Assembly (NCBI RefSeq): GCF_009834535.1
Contig: NC_045710.1
Span: 51,150,001-51,214,000 of the forward strand
Source of the DNA: Camelus ferus
Taxonomy: Eukaryota
Direction of reading: 5' to 3'
Length of the DNA stretch: 64,000 bases
In this document: positions 39,680 through 50,090 of the stretch, piece by piece
Layout: the number at the start of each line of letters is the position of its first letter
Position numbering within the stretch: position 1 is the first letter of the stretch
The notes under the pieces: generated by a model
Seen by the model: only the letters and a program-made list of their open reading frames with translations
What the model was told of the DNA's origin: nothing
The model's database searches: none
Program-made: the position numbers and the translations under genes

Positions 39680-39885
39680 CATGATACAGACTTTGGAGCC
39701 CAAATGTCATAGGTTTGAATCCCATTCCCCTTAATGCCTGTGTGACCTTGAGCTAATTACTTAACCTCTCTGGGCCATTAATTCTGCATCCTTAAGACAT
39801 GATAGTAATAAAGCTAACCTCATAGAGTTATGAGCATTAAATGAGTTAACATCGAGAAATATCTGACACAAAGGAAGGGCTACAT
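39680..39885 (+). mobile_element. MIR
   Basis: MIR core ggtttgaatccc...gtgtgaccttgagctaattacttaacctctctg. Confidence 0.8.
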
Positions 39886-40464
39886 GAGTGCTAAAATGTA
39901 AATAAAAGAATGCGAGCATTTTTAAGGCTCTTGAGAGACACTGTCTTCATAAACAACGATGTACGCTCCAACAGGAGGCTAGTGCTCTGAGTCTTAGCGA
40001 AGTTGTTTGGCATAGGCCCCAAGATAAAATCTTTAATATGGGGGCCAAGGACCGAGTGACCAAGGACCAGGGACAATGGTTTTAGAAATATGTTTACACC
40101 AACTTGCCCTTAACATGGAGAAAATCCACCAGGCTGGGGTGGTAGTGGGGACACTGAGTCACAGGACACCTGTATTGGGTTTACCCATTCTTGGCCTCAA
40201 GAGCTGAATTCACCAAGTCCTATAACCTTTCTGCCTCGGGCTTTTGGGGAGGAGTGGGCTGGAGGGGGTAAGGGCTCCTCCTCTGATCCGAAGGAACCCA
40301 CAGCCTTGGGCTCCGTGGTCTCCCTGACTTTCACTGCTCCTTCAGCAGGACCTTACAACATCCTTCAGCTGTCATGATGGCGACGATGTGCTGGTGACAA
40401 TGGTGAAGGTGCTGGTGACGGCTGCTCTTATGCGCTGCTGGAAACTGGGCTTAAATATTCTCCA

Positions 40465-40655
40465 CTGTGTCTAAGTGAACTGTCTGTGATGATGGAAAAA
40501 GTCTATATGTGTGCTGTCTCATACGGTAGCCACTAGCCCCCTAGAGGTATCAAGTACTTGAAATGTGGCTAATGAGACTGAGAAACTAAATTTTAATTAA
40601 TTAAATGAATTAATTTAAATAGCCACACATGTCCAGTGGCTCCTGTCTTGGACAG
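40465..40655. mobile_element. MER3/MER33-like hAT MITE
   Basis: Motif gtagccactagcc...ttgaaatgtggcta...aaatagccacacatgtccagtggct. Confidence 0.75.
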
Positions 40656-42519
40656 CAAAAACTCTAATATGCCTTATGTTCACTGGGTCCTCATTACAAT
40701 CCTAAGAAATAGTAATATCCCCATTTTATGCACAAAGAAACAGGCTTAATGGTGCTAATTCACTCATATAAGAGACTATCTGACTTCTAGATCCATGCTT
40801 TTAGCTGCATTATTCTTCCCGGCATGTGAACCCCAGTATCTAATTCTGGTGGGGGCAGGACATGCACTTTCTCCAGACTCGGGGGTGGGTGATGTCCTGA
40901 CTTCTCAACCCCTACACCCCAGCACCTGCTGGTTGCTGAGATGAGAGTAGGTCTAGACAAAGCGGCTCAGGCAGCAGCAAGAAAACCACTCCCAATCCTG
41001 GTCTCTCGGGAGCTGCGTTTTCAGTCACACGGTCCCTCCTCTCTGGGTGTCTGCCTCTGTTCAGATCCCACTGGAAGGTACCGCGGCCAGAGCCATGTGG
41101 AATGTTTTCCTTGGCTGATGGCAACATGTTTTCACACTTTGCTGTGGGAAAGTTAAGTCAGGGAGTTCAGTCACCGGGGAGCATTTTGGACAGGTGAGAC
41201 ACTTCAACGGGTCGCCCCTGGCTGCCAACACTGGAACCCTTCAACCCTGTCACCCGGGTGGCTTCCTTCCACTGTTTTCCTTTGTCTGAAGGTTTGTGCG
41301 GGCAGCAGGTCAACAGTTTGCAGAATCTGCCTCAGGGGAAAAATGGTGTTGGGAGTCCTAACCTTGCATTTCTATGGTTTTACTAACTGCCTTTGGAAAT
41401 TCTTTTCCCATTTGTTTTCTGAAGTAGTTGGCTATTAGCAGGGGTTTATTAAAGGGAGACCTAAAACATACAACCCAAGGTTCACCTGACGCATAAATGT
41501 TTCAGGATGATGTTCAGTACTTTTGATGATTTCTGACTAGTTACTTCTTTTAACTTTTTCTCTTCACCTCAAGATTTTAGTGTGAGATGTCATTATAGTT
41601 CTCTAGAACCCTAAACACCATTGTTCTGGAAAACAAAGGCTTAAGAAAGGCTTTAGAAAGAGCTCCCTCTTTTCAGACTATAACCTTGGGCTCCTGTGGG
41701 TTTTTCTTGACATGACTGACGTGGCCTCACCTCAAAGTATGTCCGTTTTATGGACTAGAATGAGTGTGTTATTCCCCAAAGCTGGGGCAGTTCTTAAGAG
41801 CGGGGCCAGAATGTTCGGCTTTCTCGGCACAGACTCAGAGTTTCTGGTCCAGTGGGAGTTAATGAATTAGAACATTCTTCTAGGTTCTGTAAATACCCAA
41901 AGGTACAAGGCATGGTCCTGCCCTCACTGAGCTTGCAAGCTCACTGGCAGCAGTGAGCAAAGTAGGCTGGTGTGAGTGGAACAGAGGGGGCCACAGGGTG
42001 ACCGGGGACCAACGTCCACCTCTGGAGAGGTGGCAGCTGGAGGGGGCAGACCACATTCCAGAAAAGGGGAACACCTGCTTGGAGGTATAAAACCTGACTT
42101 CCAAAATGCGGACGGCTGATGGAAACCACCCAAGAACAACGCAGCTCATTACCTACAACCACATGAAACTGCCTGTGGGCTGAATACCACCCTTGGGCCC
42201 CCAAGATCCAGTGGGGACACTGAGGTAAAGAGATGCTAAAGGCTTGCCTGGCCTCGCCTCCCCTAGACGGCTGGCTTCTCCAAGCTGCAGGTGTCTCTGT
42301 GGCTTCTCTAGGCCCGGCACTGGGCAACAGGAAGAGTCTGTGCTCAGGGCAGGGAGCTTGGGAATGACCCTGAACTTCCTCTGGAGGGAGGTTTACCTGC
42401 AGGGGAAGGGCGCCAACACCTTTCCTGGAAACAGGAGTTCAGCTGTTTGAGGTGAACTTTGTGGGGCTGAGGCAGAGCGCCCTCAGGGCAGCAGCTGAGA
42501 ACGTGGGTTTGGGGGCTGG

Positions 42520-42720
42520 AATGGATGGAAGCAAACCCCAGCTCTGCCACTTACTGGCTCTGGGACTCTGGGCAAGTCACCTCACGTCTCTGTGCCACAG
42601 CTTTCTCGTTTTCACTAGAAGGGCAAAGATCCCTACTTGAGAGGGGAGCTGTGAGGGCTGTGTGAGCCACTGTACGTGGAGTGCTGGGAGCCCTGCCTGG
42701 CACATGGTGACAGCTTTTCC
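42520..42720 (+). mobile_element. MIR
   Basis: Motif cccagctctgccacttactggctctgggactctgggcaagtcac. Confidence 0.75.
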
Positions 42721-43809
42721 TGACAGCTTACTGCTAATAATAGTAATATTTACAGTGTGAGTGGGAGAGGCAGCCAGCCATCATGATGAACAACAAGTAA
42801 TGGTGTGTAAATGGGATGGACAATTACCTCCCTGATACAAGAGCAAGGCTTGGGGCCCAGACTGAGGAGGACAAGAGAGCCACCCACCCCACCAGAAATC
42901 TTCCACCTGCTAATGGGCCTCGGCCACAGGGAAGGTTATTGCTTTGGGTCATCTGCTGACCCAGGCTCCAGGCTGCCTGCTCTCAAAAGTTTACAACAGC
43001 CCCTGATCCTGAAGTGGAAAAACTGAGCTTCTGACAAGCTTGGGATCAGAACTCCCCTCTCTCTCCAAAGAGGATCCTCCCAGCGCAGAGCACGGGGCAG
43101 CCTGAGGTCCCAGCACCGGGCGCTGCTGGAGGGGAGAAGGCCTCCCACTGCGAGGCTTCCTGAGATCTGGGCCGAGAGGCAACACCTCCTTCAGAACTGT
43201 TGTTTTTCCCCCATGGCCAGGCTACTAACAGCACTAGTCCCATCATACCCCCAGAGGCTCCGGTGTGTATTTTGGTAAGAATGATAATCATGAACGACAG
43301 TGACAATTAGCATCATTGTGCTCTGTGTTTACCGGGTGGGGAGGGCTCTGAGCTCTGCAGACGTGACCTGGGGCCTCACACTGTCCTCCCGGGAGGAAGG
43401 TGGCCAGTGAGCCTCTCCAGGTGAGGCTCAGAGGCCCCCCGGGGGTCCTGACCAGGCTCACACAGCTGCCCCTCAGGAACAGGAAAGCCCTACGCACCAC
43501 GGCTTACGGTGGCAGGCTCTCCCATCCCGCCTCTCCTGGGCTAGTCATCTGATACCCTTCAGCATCACCGCTAAGAACTCAGCTTTGGGGGCCAGTCTGG
43601 GTCTGATGTGAGTGCTGCTGTGTGATCCGGGCACAAGCTCTCTGTGCCTGCTTCGTGGGGTCATTATGAGGGTTCCATGACTTAACACGTAGATCCTGCC
43701 TGGCATGAAGCAAAGCTCAATTAATGTTAGCTTTTATTAACATTTAGTATTATTTACCGGTATTGTGAGTTTGGACCATATGAAACTGCTGACTTTCAAC
43801 CACTTTCAA

Positions 43810-44030
43810 ATGGCAACTTCATATAGACGGGTGGTTCTTTAAAATATTCCCTCACCTCGGGGGACATTTGGCAGTGTCTGGAGACACTGTTGACTGTCAT
43901 GACTGTGGGGGGGTGGTGGTGGTGGTGATACTGGCACCTAGTGGGTAGAGGCCAAGGATGCTAACCTCCTTCCGTACACAGGCGTCAGCAAAGGGTCATC
44001 CAGCCCCAAATGTCAACAGAGCCCCGGCTA
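43810..44030. mobile_element. MER20 hAT element
   Basis: Motif gggacatttggcagtgtctggagaca...gggtagaggccaaggatgct...cccaaatgtcaa. Confidence 0.85.
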
Positions 44031-44078
44031 AGTATAGTGCCCCTAATAATGTTCCACTATGTTCAGATTATTTTTCTT

Positions 44079-44470
44079 TTTTGAATTAAAAAAATTTTTT
44101 TTTGTTGAAGTATAGTTGATTTACAATGTTGTGTTAATTTCTGGGGTACAGCAAGGTGATTCAGTTATCTATATATATATTCTTTTTCATATTCTTTTCT
44201 CTTATGGTTAATTACAAGACACACCTAGAGATGGTCACACTAAGTGAAGTAAGGCAGAAGGAGAAAGACAAATATCATATGAGATCACTCACATGTGGAA
44301 TCTAAAATATGAGACAAATGAACTTATTCACAAAACAGAAACAGGCTCACAGGCATAGAAAACAAACTTATGGTTATCAAAGGGGAAAGAGGATCGAGGA
44401 GGGATAACTTCAGAGTCTGGGATTAGCAGATACAAGCTACTATAAACAACAAGGTCCTATTGTATAGCCC
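44079..44470. mobile_element. Inverted (twin-primed) L1 3' insertion in intron 3
   Basis: About 44079-44217 is the L1 3' terminus on the minus strand and about 44218-44470 is the upstream 3'UTR on the plus strand. TSD cagattatttttctt / cagattaattttctt at 44064-78 and 44470-84. Confidence 0.85.
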
Positions 44471-44825
44471 AGATTAATTTTCTTAAAGCATCCCTTTCCC
44501 AAAAAAATGACACGGCTCCCATGCCTAGGGAATAAAGGCTCATTTCCAACAGGCTCTGGCCTCCAATTCATCTCCAGTCTTGTCTCCTCCCTGCTGTGGC
44601 CACATAGACCTGTAACAGCAGGTTCCCTGACACTGCAGGCCTGGAGTAACTGCTCTGCTCTCCCAGCCAGCCAAACCCTAACACCTGCTCCGGGGAGCTT
44701 TCCTCGCGTGCCTTTCTTGCCCAAACTGACCACTGCAATCACTGGTGGCTTTTAACTAATTGACTCCTGGGTCCTAGTCCTTGAGATTCCAATTTAGTGT
44801 GTTGGGGTTGGGGTGGGCTCAGCTA

Positions 44826-44999
44826 TTATTTTATTTAATTAAAATAAATTTTTTGGGGGGGACAATTAGGTTTATTTATTTTTATTTATTTATGTATACC
44901 TATTTATTATTATTTTTTTGATGGAGGTACTGGGGATTGAACACAGGACTTCATGCATGCTAAGTGTGCACTCTACCACTGAGCTATACCCACCCCCCT
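44826..44999 (-). mobile_element. vic-1-like SINE in intron 3
   Basis: Head plus composite tail. Confidence 0.85.
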
Positions 45000-45319
45000 T
45001 TTATTAAAAAGAAGCCCCGGGGGCTCAGGCTCGGCCTGCTGTGGAAACCGCCGTGCCCTGGCATGCATCTTTACTTCCCAGTTGTTTCGTCCTGTTACCA
45101 CTTATGTACACCCACCTTTCGCATGCACTTCCTGCTTATTTTATTAGCTGTCCTGTAAAGATGCTGGAGAGCAGAGACCTCATGTTAGAGACTCAAAGGG
45201 ATCCAACCTGGTACCTTGCCCTCCAGAAATTCTAAGTAGTGAGTTAAACTTGAATCCAGGAATTTTCAGACTTTGCTGAGCCCAGGAGTCACCTGAGATG
45301 CTTGTTAAAAATGCAGATC

Positions 45320-45540
45320 ACAATTCGGGAGTTCAGGATTTGCAGACACTAACTACTATATGTAAAACAGATTAAACAACAAGGTCCTACTATACAGCAC
45401 AGGGAACTATATTCAATACCCTATAATAGCTTATAATGAAAAAGAATATATATACACACACACACACACACATAACTGAATCACTGTGCTGTACACCAGA
45501 AACTAACACAATACTGTAAATCAACTATACTTTAATTAGA
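45320..45540 (+). mobile_element. Young L1 3' end inserted in a MER5A-like element (about 45270-45630)
   Basis: Perfect 13-bp TSD aaaaatgcagatc at 45307-19 and 45541-53. Contains an internal (CA)n. Confidence 0.88.
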
Positions 45541-45793
45541 AAAAATGCAGATCCCCAGGCTTCAAACCCCAGGGGTTCTGCCTCAGTGGCTCTGAACTGG
45601 GACCTTGGAACATGGATTTTTAAGCAGCTGGCTTTGAAGCCCGTGGCCTCCAGCCTGCTGTTCCAGTCCTCTGAGCTGCCCAGCTCCAGGGCTCTCAGGG
45701 GCCTCTGGCACGATTTATGGAGGTAAATGCTCTTTTAATTGGTTGCTGGGACACCCGCAGCCCCANNNNNNNNNNNNNNNNNNNNNNNNNNNN

Positions 45794-45911
45794 NNNNNNN
45801 NNNNNNNNNNNNNNNNNNNNNNNNNNNNNNNNNNNNNNNNNNNNNNNNNNNNNNNNNNNNNNNNNNNNNNNNNNNNNNNNNNNNNNNNNNNNNNNNNNNN
45901 NNNNNGCGGGT
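45794..45911 (-). CDS. TGFA: TGFA exon 3 (N-terminal part of the EGF domain), mostly hidden in an assembly gap; only 45906-45911 is visible and the lower boundary is predicted
   Basis: Minus strand reads tcttttctcttcccaacag|ACCCGC and then enters the N gap (45766-45905). ACCCGC matches the start of TGFA exon 3 (D-P-P). A 118-nt exon (human 121 nt minus the NAGNAG CAG) fits inside the gap. It lies about 10.5 kb upstream of exon 4. Confidence 0.75.
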
Positions 45912-46929
45912 CTGTTGGGAAGAGAAAAGACATTTGGCTCAGATCCAAGGTGTAGTGAGACAGCTCACAGGCCCCCAGCCCACTGGAGAGGCAGCCTAGA
46001 TGGCTGGGGTTTCTGGTCCCTACCTCCATCTCCTCCTCAGTGCTCACTAATTTTCTAATGGCCAGTCCAGGACCAGAGATGCCTGCACTGTGATCTTTCC
46101 AGTGGGACTTCATTTATTGACTTTTGTAGAAAACAAAACAATTTCTCTAGAAGACCCAGTGTAATTCAGGGGTACCAGAGCGGTTTCACTGTTTTAAGCC
46201 TATTACCTAGGAGCGACCTAATTTTACTTTTGCAGAGTGATAGTGATCATTTTTTGAAGACAGCCTTCATAAAAATCTGCTTTAAAGGCAGGAAATGGGA
46301 GAAAGGTACACAAGAGGACTACATAACCATTAAATTGATGTTGAGGAAGAATAATGATGCAAAAAGATGTCCATGATACATTACTGTAAGTGAACTAGCT
46401 CATTTCCAACGTGGTCTGTATAGTATCGCCCTATTTAAATGAACAGAAATTTAGACGTGAAGAAGTCTGGGAATGATACATGAAAATGGTAGCAGGACCT
46501 CTGGGGTGGTGGGATTATGTGTGACTGTGTCACAAAGATGATCTAATGCACAGAAGTCCATCTGGGGGCGGCACAGGCAGCACTTGGAAAGCCGAGACGG
46601 GGAGGGAGCGGCAACAGAGTCGGGGCCGCTCACAGCCCCGGCTCCTGAAACTCTCAAGAGCTTGGGGCATCACCAGACCTCTCAGGGTTTTCCTTCCTTG
46701 GCCAGCCAGGAGCACATGGACGGGAGTACTGACCAGCCCAAAGGGCATCACTTCGGATTGATTTTATTAGACTCCAACAGCCTTGTTTTGTCCAAATAAC
46801 CCTTGAGACACAGTAGCTAGCTATTTCAAGATAGCATGACAAACGTTTCTGTTGCATCTTTCAAAGGGTCCTCTTATGTTTGCGTTTTGGGCATTTGGGG
46901 AGTGGGTCTTTCTCATGTATTTGTTGCTA

Positions 46930-47038
46930 TTGTTGGTTTTGTTTTGTTTTGTTTTTTTAGTGGAAGTACTGGAGATTGAACGCAGGACCTTGTGCATGCT
47001 AAGTGTGTGCTCTACCACTGAGCTATATCCACCCCCTT
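46930..47038 (-). mobile_element. vic-1-like SINE in intron 2
   Basis: Head plus a (AAAAC)n-type tail. Confidence 0.85.
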
Positions 47039-48649
47039 CTCATGAAATTTTTTGGAAAAAAAAACCCAGCTTGGAGCTCTTCCTCTTTGAGTGAATTAAA
47101 CCCCATTTCATATGGTGGGATTTTAGGCCACCACGAAATAGTAAACTCACACTGCTGTCTCTCTCTCCAGGAATCACTTCCAGAAGTGTCAAAATTGTAG
47201 AAGTCTCATTAATTCCAGTGGAAAAAGCAGAGGCTACAAATACAGCAGAATTCTTGCTGCTGAAGGCGAGAGAGCACCTAGAGGTCCCGAGCGTGGGCTT
47301 AGGCGGCCGAGAGCCACGGGTCTGGGTCCTGCCTCTGCCACCCGGATGAGGTGCTCGGGCTCCCTCCCAGCTCTGTGAGACGGGGAGCCCACTGCCTTCT
47401 GGGGGCTCTGAAGCTGAGTAAGGCCAAGCTTGTCAAGTACTGCACTCAACAAATTGTCTGGAACAGACTGCTCAGCTGTCAGGTCTTCTGTTATCATCCC
47501 ACGATGCTAATGAATCCTGACATGTGACAAGACCACTCTGGTATATAATCTCTCCTCCCTCCATAAATTCAGTAGCATCAACTACAAGTCCAGGTGGGCC
47601 CTTTAGCCACTAAAGATGGTGACTTTCACACGTGAGGACAAGCAGAGAAGCCCAGAGCCAGGGGGGAGATGGTGACCCAGGGATCCTGGCCAGCCCTGCC
47701 CGTGGCTACAGACATCCCTGCCCAGCAGCAGCCTCCAGGCATGGGGCCCGGCTGCCTTGGCTGATTACAGTCACCTGTGAGTCCCAGGCCTGGGTGGTGG
47801 ATGGGTGGCTTGGCCACTCGCTGACAGTGGACCCTGGGATGTTAAGTTGAGGCTGGAAGGTCTGCTGTAGTTCACATAACCGGCTCTGTGCTCATTAAAC
47901 TCATCAAGGAGCAGATATGGAGGATGAAGGGGCTGGAGACTAGTGGATCTAAGTTGATTTAGACATTGAAAAAGGCTTCAAAAAAGTTCCACAAAAGGCC
48001 ACTGAGACAACCGCCTCCCAGCGGCCAGGGGGAGTCCCTTGTCAGGGCTCAGAGCCAAGCTCCTCAAAGTGGGGTCTGTAGACCTGCAGCTCCACATCCC
48101 CGGGAGCTTGTCAGAAAGCCAAGTTCATGGGCCCTACCCCAGACTGCGGAATTAGGATCTCTGGGGTGGGGGCCGGGAATCTGTGTGCCAAGCCCTCCAG
48201 ATGACTTTTAAAGTCAGGTTTTTTGACATGGAATTGATACATGGTACCGTTTTTCCTTCAGGTGATTCTGACATGCACTAACGTTTGAGAGACAGTCTTG
48301 GATCACAGGAAACAAAGGACAGTGACAAAAAGCCTCTCAGAAAAGTAAAATGGCAGGGATCCTTGCTGGAGCTGATCATCTTCCAGCTCCTCAAACTTCC
48401 GTGGGATACTGAAGCCTGAATCTGCAGAGGCTCTTTGTGGTAAAGGGTCAGGTCAGTAGAAATATATTTGAAGGAAAATGCTGGATCTGTCTTTGGGAAT
48501 GTTACTCTCCAAAGCTGACGGGCGAGGGGGCAGACTCAATGCTACCATCTCATTTAACCTGTGTTTATGGATATTTTGCCTCATCTCATAAATGACTTGA
48601 GGAGGCTTTATAAAACTAGGTACCATGAAAAGGAGATACAAATAGGAAA

Positions 48650-48920
48650 AGTGTGTGTGTGTGTGTGTTGTGTGTGTGTGTGTGTGTAAGAGACACCGAG
48701 AGGGAGGGAGGGAGATGGGGGTGGGGGAAGAGGAAGGGGAGACACACAAGAAGGGAAAGAGGGAAGAAAAGAGGAAAGGAGGGAGAGACAGAGACACACA
48801 GAGGGAGAGAAAGAAAGATGAAGAGAGAGGGGCAGAGAAGGGGGAGCAGGGGCGAGAGGCAGAAACAGAGGCAGAGACAGGCAGTGAGAAAGGGAAGAAC
48901 AGATCAAAGCAAAGGAATAG
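48650..48920. repeat. (TG)n microsatellite followed by a roughly 230-nt purine-rich low-complexity tract
   Basis: Read directly. It explains the spurious low-complexity ORFs at 48453-49392. Confidence 0.9.
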
Positions 48921-49995
48921 AAGGGCAGGGGTCGAAAAGAGCAAAGAAGTCAGGTCTCAGGTTAACATCCTAAGAAACACAGCAGAAAGTCACACGCATG
49001 TGCTAAGCTGCACGCCTCCCAGCCGTCTCAGTGCCGATGAGCACTGCTCATTACGTAGGACACCCATTTTTGCCAGTGCAGGGCAGGCTCAGCTTTGCTC
49101 GAGGCTATGGACCGAGAGCAACTTCTCTTCTGCAGCTGCTTTTGAAGGGGATTTCAAGTGTTGTGGTGGACAACATCCTCCACGAAGACAAGGCAGAAGC
49201 ATCCGCCAATGTAAACTGTCTGTCCTTCAGCAGCTCACAAAGAACCAAAGAGCCCAGGCGACAAGGAATCTCCCTGCCGTGGTCACAGTGGTGGCCATTA
49301 ACACCTGCTGGATTTGCTCCCTACAGTCAGAGAGCAGGGTGAGATGGGGAGGGAGGGATATGCTTAGAACACAGGCTCCTGGTCCTTCATAATCCCACCA
49401 TTCTGACTCAACTCAAGGTGCTGAAGGGACCCAAGGAAGCTTGATGTTAGTTGATTGTCATGATCACTAAAAGACTTTATTTTTGAAACCTTTTTTCCTG
49501 ATTACAAAAGTGATACATCACTGTGGCAACTTTTTGTAAATGCCAATGTAGAATAAAGAACATCTTAGGGAGAAAAAACCCAATCTTCCATCCACCACTT
49601 ACAGAGGACCATGTAATTACTTGCTTTGTGTGTGTACACACACTCTGTCTCTCATGCACACTTTCTGTTTCTATTCTGTTACATGAACTTTTTCTCCTGA
49701 TATAACCCCAAACATCTTTTTAGTGAGCATTCAGTTGAAGCCTCTGCACAGGGTGCCGTCCTAGACCCTAACTCTGAGCAGTTTAGTGTGTGTAATGTGA
49801 GAGTGGGTCCTATTTCCAATGGCTCATGTAGTGGCTTTGGGGGGATGTGATTTGCATGGGGGAAGTGGACGGGGAGGAGACTGCCCAAATGCCAGTCCCA
49901 AGGTGAGCCATGTTCTGGCCCTTGGTGCTCGCTGCAACCTCAGGGGGCAGGACGCCAGGCTCGTGGGCTGAGGTACCTAAAAGCCCCGCATGCTG

Positions 49996-50090
49996 GGGTG
50001 GGGAGAGCATAGCTCAGTGGTAGAGCGCATGCTTAGCACGCATGAGGTCCTGCGTTCAATCCCCAGTAATACCATTAAAAAAAAAAAAAA
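49996..50090 (+). mobile_element. vic-1-like SINE in intron 2 (antisense to TGFA)
   Basis: gggggagagcatagctcagtggtagagcgcatgcttagcacgcatgaggtcctgcgttcaatcccc plus poly(A). Confidence 0.88.

Noticed and set aside
48453-49392. 245-aa and neighbouring ORFs
   Set aside because: They are produced by the (TG)n and purine-rich low-complexity tract.
4139-50090. tRNA-Ala-like sequences (12 copies)
   Set aside because: They are SINE heads with A-rich tails and TSDs, not intact tRNA genes.
4139-50090. Strand bias: 10 of 12 SINEs are on the minus strand, and 4 of 5 within TGFA are sense
   Set aside because: The sample is too small and was counted by eye. It is suggestive only.
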